From positions 1,984,001-2,048,000 of the forward strand of contig JAYWIR010000009.1 in the NCBI GenBank assembly GCA_036172245.1: a stretch of 64,000 nucleotides of DNA, given 5' to 3'. Below are positions 50,690 through 64,000 of the stretch, one piece after another (within the stretch, counting starts at the first letter, position 1; every line of letters begins with the position of its first letter). The notes under the pieces were generated by a model. It worked only from the letters and a program-made list of their open reading frames with translations, had not been told where the DNA came from and did no database searches. The DNA comes from Raillietiella orientalis. Its lineage: Eukaryota. The position numbers were made by a program, and so were the translations under genes.

Positions 50690-51640
50690 GGAGAAAGAGG
50701 GAAAGGCTGCTTGGGACTGATGAAGCTGGCCAATGAATTCGACATGTTCACTTTTGGCAGATGCTGAAAATTATTCACCACCTCGGACAATGCGGTGGAG
50801 AGATGGGCCCATAAGACAATTAGAGCAGTGGTCGAAAAGAGAATCATCGAACCAGCAACACATGAATATCCCTGGGATCTCATGACAGGTGCTCCCTCGG
50901 AAAAATCCGTATAGGTCGGCAGGGATTTCGAAGGCCAATGGTCCAAGGGAGGAAGGGCCTCGAGCATGCTAGGAATTTACTGATGAAGAGCCAAACATAA
51001 CGATCGACGGCGTCATCTTCAGCAGCAGCATGACGAGAAAACTAACCTCTGGCGTGAGACCACTGCATAGAAAGAACCCGTGGCTATCACTTATTCAAAA
51101 CCAGGTCAATCAAGGGAAAGCCATGCAGTGTGCGAGCATACCTCACGCCTTTAGCTTCTTCTTCACCAATGAAGGATACTTCAGGTTCCAGGACTACAGA
51201 TTCATCCTTGCAGCTCGAACGTCTTACAAGCCAGGGACGGACGCAGGATAAAATAAGAAGAACGAGCATGTCGGCGCTGAAGGACGGAGGATGAGACGTT
51301 GTCTTATATATTAAACAGATGAGAGAGGCACCTTCAACTGTTCCAATTCGCAACATAAACTTGATTCGAGAAATGATCACCACGACCGCGGTGAACGAAG
51401 AAAAGTGGACCCAAGTGTCCACTAACCAGAGAACTCCAAAAACAGATTTCCTCTTAATGACGGACCCAGTGATCGAAATCGGATAATAGTGCTGGATACC
51501 TGCTTCCCATTCGAGGGTGGAAGAGGGAAGTTCAGTACAGCAGTGAGGGAAAAAAGGGAAGAGATTAGGGAATTAACCCTCCAGATAAGAAGGGAGGGGA
51601 AGGAAGCTGCTTGGAACAAAGGAAGCTTGAAAGACAAGTA
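50690..51640 (+). mobile_element. Second, diverged RLE-type (Utopia/NeSL-like) retrotransposon, 3' fragment
   Basis: QNQVNQGKAMQCASIPHAFSFFFTNEGYFRFQDYRFILAAR is homologous to QKPSRGRIMDC..LRFSYWRFIHGAR of the element at 24660-24790. RIIVLDTCFPFE..REK is an RLE remnant. Confidence 0.7.
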
Positions 51641-54600
51641 ATGAAGAAGAATGACCCCATCGCAGAAAAACAAGCTGCAGATTTCAATCAAGGCAAAGAT
51701 GCAAGTAACAAAAAAAAAGTTTTTTCTTAATGATTTCAGAGTTCCTTCATTGTCACGGATATCAGGGATGACATGAAAGCCACCAATCCCACATCAAGCA
51801 TTGCGGCAGTCAACAAATGTCTTCAAGTCACATGTGGAAAAGCGTACACCACTGCTCCGCGAGCAGGGAGAAAAAATGGAGAGCGGTAAGGAGTATTCAG
51901 TGACCGCGATAGCCACGGAGAGCCTCGAGATCCTGTCGCTTGGAAAAAACACCAGGATGGTGTTTCCGCAGCTGGAATGAGCCAATGCGCCTGCGTTCCT
52001 AAATGTGAACACTCGGTTGTGCAGGTGAAACGAAAAATGGGTCCCATCGCCTCGAATTCTTTCAAAAGGACGCCACTCCTTTTCGGGTCGATGCTTGCAA
52101 GTGGTCAGTTGGTCAGCTGCTGCCGGGATCCAGAGATGCCAGTGCACGGGAAGCTGGAAGCTGCAACAGTTCACAAATGTGTCTCAGCAGACGCGCGATG
52201 TGAAAACCGCGAATTCTGAGTGTCACGCGCTGTCAGAGGCGCACTTCCTCAAAAGTGAAAGTCCTGAGAGTCCGAATTTGAGTGAAAACTTTCCATTGGG
52301 TTTTTTCATATTCCTTCCTCCCGGCAAAGAATTTCATCCATTGATTTGCATTTTAGGAACAACCCTTCATCAGAGAACAGTTGAAAACAACCGTTCTTAC
52401 ACACAAACTTGCTCCCAAGAAATCAAAGTAGGATGATTCATGCATCTATAAACATCCTAAAAAAGTGATTTAGTGGAACACATTTTGGAAAAAAATTCAT
52501 TCAGCACATTGCAAGGCAACATAAATGAAAAACAGAAATTTCATAAAAAAGGACATCATTGGAAAACGTGCTGCATGAAATTCCCTTGAAAACCTAACCA
52601 GTCTCGGTTGTGATGCTTATTAAAGAGAAATTTGAGCGCAACCTTGCAAACCACACATAGTTTAGGTCGATGTGATGGCATGAACTAGCATACAACTTTC
52701 GTACAAGCCTGTGTACACCTATGCTGAGGGACGAGTGCATGTGTGGGGGCACCGACGCGAGCGCTGCTTGTGTGGCTGGTAGGAAGAAAGGGGGAAGAAA
52801 GGTGAGCATTGAGATGAACACTGACTGGAAACTGAGACCACGGAATCAAATGATGATGATGATCCTCTCAGGAAACTGCACTCTTGTTTTCAGTCTTCGT
52901 GCATCTCAGCTGCTACTCGATCTCGTTGCAAATTTCCCAAGAGGCAATTTGTTCTTAAAGAGCAATCAAGGTAAAGTAGGCATTTCTCAAAGTGGAAATG
53001 CCTGTACTAAGTTTAGGACGGTGCGTTTGGAGCCGAAAGCAAGCAGATGGGAAAAAGGGAAAATGGGGAAAATGCCGTGCTCCCTGCGTGTCGAGGTGTC
53101 CTCATTGGCATGTTTCGACGCGATGGCGGCTGCGGGAGCGGTCCGTAGACGGGATGAGAGTGAGGCGTGTTGGCCTTTGCTGTCGTGCCAATTGCAGCTC
53201 ACTCGAATGCTTGCTAATGAAAGATGCTCAAAACATTCTTCCTTCCATTGAAAAGAAAACCATGCCAACGGCCACGGCATTCGAATCCATTGTGGCACGA
53301 TTGGGAAAAGCAGCCACGAGGCCGGAAAATGCGACAACAACGGTGGCCCAGCCTCACAACGTGGAAGAGCCCAATAGCTTCGGGAATTCGAATTTTGCAT
53401 GTGTACTTGCATGATACTCCCAGACAAGTGAGAACGTGTACATCCATGCTGGCTGTTGTTGGCCAACTCACACGTGCGAAACGCATTCACTTGGGTGTTT
53501 CGAACAGTTGAGTTTGGGAAGCAATTCGTTGTTTCGTTCCCTCTCGCATTCCTTGGCTCCCTTTTGTGACCACCAGCTGGAAAACATGTGGCTAGCAGCT
53601 TGGGTTGCCGGGATGGGGAGCAACTTCAGAAGTCCTTGTAATTCCGATTCATCCCTCATTTTTTTTAGAAACGGACCCTGAGTGGCTCTTGGACTAATCC
53701 GATGGGGATGTTTGGCAGTTTACCACATCCGGTCGAGAAGCATCTCCGAAGAAGTTCGGCAGCACGCGCTCATGGTGGTGGGAGCATTCCGGTAGAGCTC
53801 GGTATTTTAAAGGCCATCGTTCGAGGTTGCCTTCTTGCCGTTTGGAAAATGCGTAAACAACTGCTTGCGTGCAGCTTCCTTTTCGTTTGCAGAATCCAGC
53901 GTGCTTTTCTCCAATCGGCATCTCGTTGCAAACAACCTGATGACCGTACCATGCTCCAGCTACTTGAGCCCTTTCCGAATGTCTTCGACAGATCGAAACC
54001 TTAAAAGAGAAGGAGGACTCATGTGCCACTCACTCTCATCTTTGTGTGATAAGCGAAGGCTCTGCGGACCTTGCTTGGCTACCGAGAGTATGTAGAAGGG
54101 CACGGATCTGGAAATCTGCATTTTCGCAGAGCCCTACTCCGTCTACCGCCGCGAAGGATGCGATGGATATGGCCGAGTTGTTTGCTTGTCGTATCCTTGA
54201 AGGATGGAAAGCAAAGGAAGTCTTGGGGACATGGGGAAAACCAAAAAGTTGCTCGTTGCTTCCAGGGGTGAGCGCGTCTCGTGGGTCCATTCGTGGAGAG
54301 TGTTTTATCCGACTTGCACACATTTGTGCAAACGCATCAAAGAACAATTCTGAACTGGAAGACCGAGAAAGGCTGCAATTACGAGCTCGTAACGACACCC
54401 TCACTTGCACCCAGCACTAACTGTCTCCACCCTGCTACAGTCCCATCAGCTGATACAGCGGCATTCCTTGCCGATTAAAATCGGAGCGAAGTAGTAGGAA
54501 GAGGTAAGATTTTTCGATTGGCGATTTCCCAGTTCTTTTCCTGTTGCTCTCCAGGCATCCCGGCATGTCACTGATGGCAGCAAAGCACTGAAGTTTCCAG

Positions 54601-57439
54601 TCGCACCTGAAGAAGCAGGCGGCTCAGCGTTTGCAACGACGGGATGTCATGAATAAACATTTCGTACATGCAGGCTCGTCTTTTTCGTCATTCTTTTCCG
54701 TTGTGTCGCGAATTTTCCATCTCGCATGCATTACGTCATTTGCACACCCCGCTGCACACGTGCGCATCCCTGTGGAGACGTGGCACGCTGACGCCTGTCG
54801 ACAAATCGACGAGCCACATGTGCTTCTCCTTCCGGTTCGGTCGTGGAAGAAGCGTTTCTTGCACTCGAGATCCCGGACAGAGCGCACCAAACGTAGCGGA
54901 CTTCCTCGAGAAACGAATAAAGAAATTTCGCAGTCATCCTATCCTCCCCCTTTCGTGGGGGAGTGTTTTTTTCTTCTTTCCCAACAAAAACGAAAAACGA
55001 AGGAGCGTTCGGGAGGAATCCACAGAGTCAGTGAAAGGTGATGCTTCCTAATTGCAGAGATGCTGCAGACTTTTTCGAAATGCCAGGCAGTGCCGGGAAG
55101 GTGATCGGTTCATCAATCGTGCTGAGAAGAATACCCAGCACCGTTGATCCCTGGTGCCCACTACACGCAGCGTACCAGATAAAGTCCCGGCAGAAGACTG
55201 ATCTTTGCATTCTGAAATCATCGGTCTCACGGGAAAACAAACAGGACACATAGGTAGCCCAGTACTTGCGTGATCTCATCCTGCAGCTTTTCTCGCACCT
55301 TCATGGTGATTTCAGGACTTTGTAACCTCCAGTCAATCCCGTGTTTCGAGAAGAGTGACCTGCTCTTCCGTGGCCATTGCCGATCCGAGTGCTTCTTCTG
55401 AAAGTGTGCACATGCTTGGAAAGTCGTCTTGCAAACGCACACGTCCGAAGTGTTTGCCGGTGCCGCGTTCGAATGCGGCAAGCGAGGGCTTTGCATGAGT
55501 CAGGGCCGGCTGATACGTTTGTGCTAAGCCAGGTTGCCGCACCCTTTCCCTCAGGAAACGGGGTGCCCCTGCTGGTTCTTCGTGCACCCCCGCTTGTGCG
55601 CACAGGCGCTCTCCGAATTGCCGTTCTTCCCGGCTTCCGAACTCGAAGATACACGCGGGGAAGTGGTCGCGCTGATCCTTCCCCTCTTTCAGTAAGGGTT
55701 CCACTGATCGAAAATCCCACTATCCCATCCATCGGGCTGTTTCTTTTCTTTCGATCGCTTTCCGCTTTCGTGATTTCCGAAGTTGCCGTTGTCACACTTT
55801 TCACCCACAGAACTTCCCTCGTTGCCATTGCGGATGTCACCATGCCACAGTGGTTCGTTTCTCGATCTGTTCTGGAATGTTCGAGAGGCCGCTTTCAAAG
55901 CTGAACTCGCTCTCAGTGCATGCTGGAATTCTCGAATCTTCTTCAGCTGCTCATCCTTTGCAAACCTTCCAATATTCCTTACCGTGAAGTGCTGCAAAGT
56001 GCAGTTCCAGTTTTCATCATGTTTTAGTACAGACTTTCGGTTTCTCCTTTACCGACTTCCTATTTTCGCATCCATTTTGAAGTATTCCCGGAAGATCCAA
56101 TACCGAGATATGCAAACTCGTTCCTAGCTTCACTTGGACCAGTGCACGCCATCCACGTGCTACGGAGCGGCCTTCACGATTGATGCTGGGAAGTTCTCCG
56201 GAGGCAAGGGCGAATCCGAGAAGGGCCAATCAGGGAATGAATGGCCGCTGAGCAGCACGGAAAAAGCTTAAGGGTTTCGTAATCTCACTTGAGGTCAGGC
56301 GCTGGTTGAATTCCGTTGAGAATGAAAAGAGGCCCTCGTCGGAGGCCGTGTGGTTACGGTGGTCTCCGCGCGTGGCACTATGCGTCGTGGGTCCCGATAC
56401 TCTGAAGGAATCGACGCAGTGCGTCGTGGGTTCCGAGTTCACCCCACAAGAAGACGCTGGCTGTCCTACATTCATCCGGGTGCGACACTAATGTTAAACC
56501 GGATGCCCTTGATGAGGGCCGGAACAAATGGGAGTCGACCTCCGGCTCCTTCGAGGAATCACGGAGAGGGAGCTCCTCTCCAGTTGTAAAGGAGCGGACT
56601 TCCCATTCCGGAGGGACCTTCCGCGTAATACTGATGACCTACCATGTCTCCGTCACCACCTCTCCAGAGAGTGCAGGGAAGCAAGCCGATCCCTTCGGGA
56701 AAGCTGCGTCCTTCTCAATTTCGAAAGCGTTCCTTCAGAAGAGTAAACAGGAGCAGATCTCTTGCGGGGGACCCCTCCGGAGAAGAAATTCCAGGATCGG
56801 ATCCTTTCCGGGTTCAACTCAGAGAAGAAAGAATGGAGCGAATACCCCGGGGGTCCTCCGGAGAGAATAAGAAAAGAGATTTTCTTCTGGATCCCCCTTC
56901 GAAGACAACCAAGGTGGAGGTGATCCCCATTTCTAGGGTTCCCTCCACAGGCGTGAGAGAAACGGACTCCGAGTCCTTCCTGGATTCATAGGCCGGACCC
57001 CTCCCGGGATACCCTCTAACTTGAACACTACCCACCCTCAAGTGGCGTGGAATCGTGTCGAAGGTCGAAGCCAAGAGCGCATAGGCTGCTGTTTCTACCT
57101 TCGTATCGATAGTGATCCTTGGCATTTTTTTTTCTTCAGCAGCCTCACGAACGCTGTTTCGTGACGTTGCACCAGCTGGCCCATCCGTTCCCGTGCTTGC
57201 TTGGCGACTCGAGGGCCATCATTGGATGCATTCGAGAGTGTTGAAGTTGTCTTGACCTCGCTCCACCAGCGTCTACTGTTTAACCCAGCGGTACTCCATC
57301 TGCAGCCCTCGGGCCGTGTTCGGTCCTCCAGGATTCTATGGTTGGTCCATGTCATTCGCAGGTGTTAGGGATTTTTTGAACTATCTGTGTTCAGGCAGAG
57401 TTTATTGGAGGAGGGGAGTCATGAGCGGTTGGCACCCAC

Positions 57440-58297
57440 TCACACACGTAAAGCGTTCGATTGCGTGGACCAGGAACTCCTTCTGGAGCTCCTGGATCGC
57501 ATGGGCTTCCCGGCCGCCTTAACGGCCTACCTGCGCTCCTGCTGGCGCAATGCGATAATCACCGTTTCTTTTAGAGGACAAAACGTGTTCGGCGTGCCGG
57601 TGAGGCGCGGCATTCGGCAGTGCGACAGCTTAAGTCCCCTGCTCTTTAGCACCTATTTCGAACTGGTTCTGAGAGCATACAGGGTGACATTGGCTGCCCT
57701 GACGAGCTTGTGCACCGGTACGCTGGCCCTGTAGGCGTATGCTAACGATCTTCTGCTCCTGCCGCCCATGTCCGCCCCGGCTTCGGCACTCGAAGATTTC
57801 TCTGACTTGCTGAGCCGCGGTACAGGACTACGTGTGAACAGGACGAAGTCGTCGCTGGTAGCGGTTGCTGCAACGTGGGCAGAACGACCTGACCGGATCC
57901 GCCTGGGGATTCCCACGGAGAGGTACTTAGAGTACCCCGGCGTTCCTTTGGGAGATTTCTGCTAGTCAGAAGCTGGTCAGGTCGTATCCAGAAAGTGGAC
58001 TCGGAGATCGGCCCGTTCTTGGAAGGCAAGTTCACTTGCAGGAACGGGCCGCGGTTTGGAACGCGTTTGCGGTCCTCATCCTCCACCCCCTACTTTTTGT
58101 TTGCCCCGTCCCCGTCGAAGTTAAGAATAGGACAAAGGACCTTTTCCGCATCGCCCTTTGGGGCAAGGAAAGGCCCCGAGTCCCTCTGAAGGACTTGTGA
58201 GCTCCGCGTCGGGACAGAGGTCTTAGAGTCCTGACGCTGGAGCGCGTGGGAATACAGCTGCAATGGCGCACCATGGCCATCGCGGCGAAGAAGTTTA
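57440..58297 (+). mobile_element. L1/Tx1-like reverse transcriptase fragment (pseudogenised)
   Basis: KAFDCVDQELLLELLDRMGFP, VPVRRGIRQCDSLSPLLF (RQGDPLSPLLF type), AYAND (degenerate YADD), GLRVNRTKS, LEYPGVP. Confidence 0.85.
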
Positions 58298-59432
58298 CCA
58301 CCCGGTCACGCCGGGGCGTTTATTTAATATAAACCAGTCAGGGACAATGTCTCCAACCAACACAATGACAGAGAACAAAGAGAAGTTACCGGCACGCAGG
58401 CCTGGTAAACAAACCACTCGCAACATGGGAGGAGTTAGGGAATAACAAGAAAACATAAACGGGAGGGAAGGGTGACGGGTCTTTGGCGAGGCTCTGTACT
58501 CACGGGGATTCATACAAAGGGCACCTGGAATGTTCCGGAGCCTAAGGGGACGGAAGTGGAAAAAAAAAGACAAACCAATTCATGAAGGGTGGGGCAAGGA
58601 TCACCGCGTAGGCCGCTGCGGAGTGTGTGTTAACCGGTGGTGTATGCCGGTGAGATCCCTTCTTGTCTCTGTCAAATGAAGCCATCTGGCGACCGCTTCC
58701 ATGTAGGAGGATGCTTTGCCGACTACCTCTTGGTGCTACCCGTTGATTACCAGAGCCTGACGGACTGAAACTATTGCGCGTATGCAACCGATGGTTACAA
58801 TCCTTGAGCTTGTAGATAGCCCGCTTGGCGTGAAGAATCGTCGCAGCAAGTCTCTTGCGGTTTCCATGGGGTGCGAGAGTGCTGTTGCCAGCCTCCGCCA
58901 GGGTCTTGTAGGACAACGCAGTCCAGAAGTAGGTGTGGGATCGACTCCGTCATCCTGCACCGAACACAGTTCGCAGACGCAAGTCCCCCGGAGACACGAT
59001 GCCAACGCTCGTTGCACTGAATATCCCAGTGAACGAAGAGCAGCACAGCTTGTTTCCAAGCAAGAGGGAGCAGCGAACTGTCAACACACTGTGGAGGGAC
59101 TACAAGTTCTTCGGGGGTGACACCAAGTTCTTCTTCCCACCGAAGGAGTCCCTTCGCAGTAGCACGAGGAGTGGCAGCGTCCGCCAACTCACTCGTCTTC
59201 CAGGCGCCAAGGAGTTTCGTTTTTCCTGCTATCATGCAGGAAATCTCCCAGCTCGCCGGTGGGCAACTGTCGTTTCTTGCCCTGAGGGCAGCCAGCGCTG
59301 CGGCAAGAGGCGTGGCAGCCAGGGTACGAAACTTCACCTCGTCCTGCAGTACCTCTTCCAAAGAAGCGGAGCTCCCCTTGGTGCGTCCCGACTCGCCTCC
59401 TTGCCAGCCGTGTGTCCCGGACCGAGGGACTC
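58298..59432 (-). mobile_element. 5'-truncated L1/Tx1-like copy, minus strand, 3' end at 58298
   Basis: WKQAVLLFVHW..NCVRCRMTESIPHLLLDC; stop in GTGATCC near 58600; terminus AATAAACGCCCCGGCGTGACCGGGTGG. Confidence 0.8.
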
Positions 59433-60594
59433 CCGTCGTATCTTCTGTGTCCCGGCCGGAAAATGAGAAGATGCGGCCTTCTTCTCGGACGCATGGCTAC
59501 CCTAGCCAAGGAGAACGGGTGGATGGCCTGCAGCCACGCCAACTCCAGCGCATGGCTGGAAGAAACAGTTGGCACGTGGGCGAAGTTAAACCAGTCTAGT
59601 GGTGAATCCTGGAACCGTCTGCGTCCCGGCATCTACACCCGCAGCACGCTGCGGAACATGCTCGAGTGTACCGCCAGAAGCACGGGGGCGGAAACGACCC
59701 CACTGACCACGGCGCTTCCCTTTCTGAGGAGGACTCTTGGCAGCAGCCGTACGCCAAGTCTCCTGCCGGATAGCGGGCAGGGAGCAGATGATGAGCGGCT
59801 GGACCACGAGGGAACTGGCAGACGCCGCGACCCCAAGCGTCCTCCCTCAAGGAATCCGGAGATAGGGCGAGCTGCTGGGCATCCGCTGGATGACCTAAAG
59901 TGGCTCCCGGTATTTACAGACACGTCCACCGTCCTCCTCAAGTGGCAGGAAACGGCGCTGCTGCTGTTGCACTGGGGTCTTCCCTGCAACGCGCGCCGCC
60001 ACCACTGAACGTTGGGGAAGGTGGGACGGAAGTGTGCAGTGTGCGTGGAGAATGGAATCCTTCCCACCTGTTAGTGGAGGGCGCTTCCCTTCGGCCCTTG
60101 TGGGAATGTTTTGCTACAACCCTCCGGATGCCGGTCGGCAGTCCCCCCAGAGACGCTGTGCGAGACGCCCTGCAACCAGCCTCGGCCCTGGAAGCGCTCT
60201 GCTGTCTCTGAGGGATTGTGGCTGCGTGCAGCGCAGCCAACAGTGGAAGGAGCGATAGGGACTCCCATCGTACACGCGGGTCGCTACCTGCGATTCGCGA
60301 TCAAACGGTCCCATCTGGGAGCTATGCAGAGGGACCTCGAGGGCATTCTAGAAAGGATGGTCTCTTCCTCCAGCGGACAGTGATCCCTTCCCGGCTCACC
60401 TAAATGTTTCTTTTTTTTGTTTTCCTTTTTATTTTTATTTTTGTTTTCTCTCCTATCCGCCTCCGCTGCCGAGGAGAGTCAAGCCGGTCTGCGCATCGGC
60501 TTCCCAGCAGGCCCCACGATCTATTGGCCGTAGCGGGGCCTCGTACCGTAAATGTACAGAGTTTAGAAATAAACGCCCCGGCGTGACCGGGTGG
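59433..60594 (+). mobile_element. 5'-truncated L1/Tx1-like copy, plus strand, 3' end at 60594
   Basis: ENGWMACSHANSSAWLEETVGTWAKLN, LKWQETALLLLHWGLPCNAR, KCAVC; stop in GTGATCC near 60381; terminus AATAAACGCCCCGGCGTGACCGGGTGG. Confidence 0.8.
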
Positions 60595-63500
60595 GAACAA
60601 CCAGCGTTCTTGCGGGCTCTCTTTCGTTGGTTTCGTGATTTGTCTCCAGAACCGGGTTGCGTCCCGTACCGTTTCGGATGATTTTTTTGTTAGTACGCGC
60701 ACAGAACACAGTCTGTGCTTAACTCACCTCCATTAGAAAGGTGCTTGTTTACATCGTCGTGAATGTTCGGCTTTTTTCGCATGAGTTTCATGAATTAAAA
60801 AAAAATTGTATTGTGATTAATATGTAAATCAAGTGAAATATGTTCATCTATATGCAACATCACCCGGACCGTATATAATAGGTTATATAAGACTATCAAG
60901 AAAAAACTAATGCATATCAAGACATTTCAGTTGAACCCACAGATTTATCGCTACACGGATTTTTTGTTTAATATCCGTAACATTCATGGGAAAGAATCTG
61001 CTTATTTGCGGAATATGCTTGCGCAGCTGAGTAGGTGTTCCTCAACTCCGGACGTTTTGCCTTTAAGATCTTTGCAGTTTACCTCTTAAATGACGCATTT
61101 TGCTTATGGCTTGATCTTTAATGATCTTCGTTTGTTTTTTGCTCTTGTGCACTCAAATGTTTTTTCCGCTTCGGATGGGCTTGCTGGCGACTGGTTGCAT
61201 CTGCGCTCCATGCATATCGCCCATAAAAGTGCCTTTTGGATGTTCTCCGGGAAACTGCATAGCCACCTCATGCTGCTCCCAATAGTTGCTTTGCTTGTGC
61301 CGTCGTTCCTCGGTGAGTTCACGACTTTCACATCCCTATGGTCTGCGTGTTTGATCTTTGCAAATGGGATGTCCATTCCACGAAGAGAGGAAAGAAGCTG
61401 GCTCTTTGCTTTGTCTGTATCAGGGCTTTTTGCATCCTGAGCTTTGGAGTGGCTTTTAATGACGGTGTCTCTTTTTAATAACAAAATGCTTTATGATCAT
61501 TCAGTCACCACGATATTTTCTTAGGTGTGGCTGCCTCTGGCGCCGAGGAGCTGTCTCTTTCAGATCCCTTTCTCGGGATTCATGAGATTATTGACAGATT
61601 CAGGTAAGCATTTGAAATCGGAACATAAAAATCTTTGGTTGCTATTTCAGTTCGCTGGAAGAAGGCTTCAACGAGACCGCAAACAGTTTGCAATCTATTT
61701 CTTCAGAGTGCAAATTCAGCGAGGCCTATCATGCTCATGTTCAAGCATGGAGAAAGCTTTTTCAAGACTCGAATTCAATTTTTCTAAATCTCCTGAAATT
61801 TAATTACAAGGATTTGAGCGAGCAGTTTTCGTCCCTATCCGGGTAAGATGGTCTGGTACAGCTCGGTTTATATTTGCGTCAGGTGATTCGGGACAGTTCG
61901 GCTAGAAAATCCTTATCACAATTTGACCTGATAAACTGCGACAGGGCAAGGGCACACCTTGAATTTTTCGCGCTGGCTGTTGTTTGATATGCTTTCTCTT
62001 AATTCCGTGCTCTTCTCGTGGAAGGCGCTTTTTGAAAGGTCTTTGTGCTGCTATGAAGGAAAGTTCGACATTGCCCTTTGAGTTGCGCTTCTAAGAGCTC
62101 ACAATGACTTTCGTTCTCGCGAATTAAAGCGAAGAATGATTGTGGAGTGTTTGAAGAACGGAAGCTCTCTTTTCTTAACCGAATTTCCGTCCTGGCGGTT
62201 CTATTCAGAAGCGTTTGATGGTGTCCCTCGACGCATCTGTCGGATGCCATGAGCAAAATTTTGTGGTCACTAAGTAGAGAGTACTGGTCGAAGAGATGAT
62301 TTACCGATGATGAACGGTTTTCAACTTTTCTTGAACATTACGTGTGCATCTAACGTCGGTTTCACCATGAGGTTCAAACGAAAGTCAGCAGAACAAACTG
62401 TTACGAAAAGAACCCGAAGGTTGCTTTCCTGTGCTCTGTACAATTTATATGATTTACGGACTTCAGGTAGAGAAATGCGTGACATCAGACACCTGCAAAT
62501 TGCACAAGTTGACCAGATGTCTCGAGGAATCTTTCAATATTGTTTCTATTTTAGTGATTTTAAGGACATCTGGAGAACATTCCTTCTAATTCTAACCGCC
62601 CTTTGGTGCTTAATCGTGTACTTGTCCACGAAACCACTAGAAACCATCAAGGCACTCCCGTCATTGATTTCACTTTTCGTCCATTGGTCTAAATGGCGAA
62701 ACACTTAGACCAGATAATGACTGGCAACTCGGATGGGATCCCCCAAAAGTGCGATTTAAGTGCTTTGTCACATTAAGTCGAAGGACATTGAATTTGCTGC
62801 AAGAATAAACTGAGAAGGCGGCATGTTTGATTGCAATCACTATTTCGGCCAGTTGAAGGCCGATTGGCTAGCAGAACCAGTTCAAGGCACGCGGACCTAG
62901 CCCGCCCATGCTGCTGAATTTCGGTTGCCAATGCTCCATCTAGAGTAGTACATCGCAGCACCTCCACGGAACGCACATCTGCGTCCATCCCAATAAAATA
63001 CTGGACCTTGGACGGCCCCTAACACAGAGCAGCATGGTCAGTCTTTTCCTGGTCTCGTATTACAAAGACACCGCGAAGGACATACAATCCTTTGAGTTTG
63101 GGATTGCTGGTTCCTTGAACCGATCAACATTTCCCGAGATGCACACCCGATGGTCGGGTGCCCTCTTTCGACTTGCAAAGATACACCGTTTCGGTGGGCA
63201 CGAGAAAGCGCAACTAGGAAACCCTCTGCATCTGGGAGATTTCAGCAATGTTACGCAGATGACTGCTGTTTTCACGCTGTCAACTTTAAACTCGGTGGAA
63301 AGGTCATCCGAGGGGGTTGTTCGAGTGGTCATGCATCACGCTAAGACGTCTGTTGCACAGAAATGATGAACTGCCTTTCAGGAAAGCTCAAGCAAAAGTT
63401 TCCCAAGAGGTTTTTGAATCGAAGTTTGCTACTGTGAAGAGTGCACTGCAGAGCAAGGACACAGTGCCAAAAAAAAAAGCAGAGGGTGGGGACACAAAGA

Positions 63501-64000
63501 ACCAACTGCTCCTTTCGATTGAACCTTTCTGTTGCAGGCACCGTGAGGTGCCAGTGGGCTGGTTGCAGACTTGTTCAATGCAATGGGGGAGTCTCTACAT
63601 TGGCCGATTCCAGACGTGTGATTCCGCGCCCCAGGCAGAAGGCATGCCGTATAGTAAAGCAATTGCAACGAAACGTCCCGTTGAAGAGGTCACACGAGAA
63701 AACTTGTGACGGAGCTAACGGAGTGCACACTCACAGTTGCCTGCCTCTGCAGCAGCTTGTTCTCGGTTGCAGCGTGGTTTCCAAGCAGTCTGAGCAGCAG
63801 CAACGCTTCGTCGATGGGTGCGACTGCACTGCCTCAGGCGTAGGGAAATTATCAGCCTTACAGTGCTCTTCATGCCGAACTGTATGCGTTCTCTGCCTTC
63901 ACTGTAAACAGACAACTGGCAGAATTATCAAGACAAAGTTGTCTCGTATCCTACATATCAAGATGCTGCTGCAGCTCGAGAGAGGATCTCTAAGATTTGC

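Noticed and set aside
63290..63332. SDD tripeptide suggesting a segmented negative-strand virus polymerase motif C
   Set aside because: No motif A, B or D in the expected context; three residues are not evidence.

Overview
Eukaryotic (animal) nuclear DNA, most likely an arthropod: the U2AF35 protein carries the arthropod-type [13 protein letters not shown] and VFVECEDK segments. The window has two compartments. (1) An AT-rich gene island (about 2.3-14.2 kb) holds three intact + strand housekeeping genes with very short introns: a TMX1-like thioredoxin membrane protein, U2AF35 starting only 42 nt after the TMX1 stop, and the mitochondrial SAM carrier SLC25A26. (2) GC-richer DNA (1-1.7 kb and about 14.8-64 kb) is made largely of decayed non-LTR retrotransposons (L1/Tx1-like and RLE-type Utopia/NeSL-like) plus unidentified coding-like relics. 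At the boundary lies a Rickettsiales/Wolbachia-like insert in which a hemA (ALA synthase) piece is fused in frame to an AgcS sodium:alanine symporter piece. A near-identical inverted duplication with about 10.4-kb arms (18173-~28605 and ~38490-48921) surrounds a roughly 9.9-kb spacer. Two 5'-truncated LINE copies are joined head-to-head at 58298-60594 and end in a conserved AATAAA-plus-hairpin terminus. I could support no rRNA, tRNA or CRISPR features. All family assignments come from recognising motifs by eye, not from database searches, and mobile-element boundaries are approximate.
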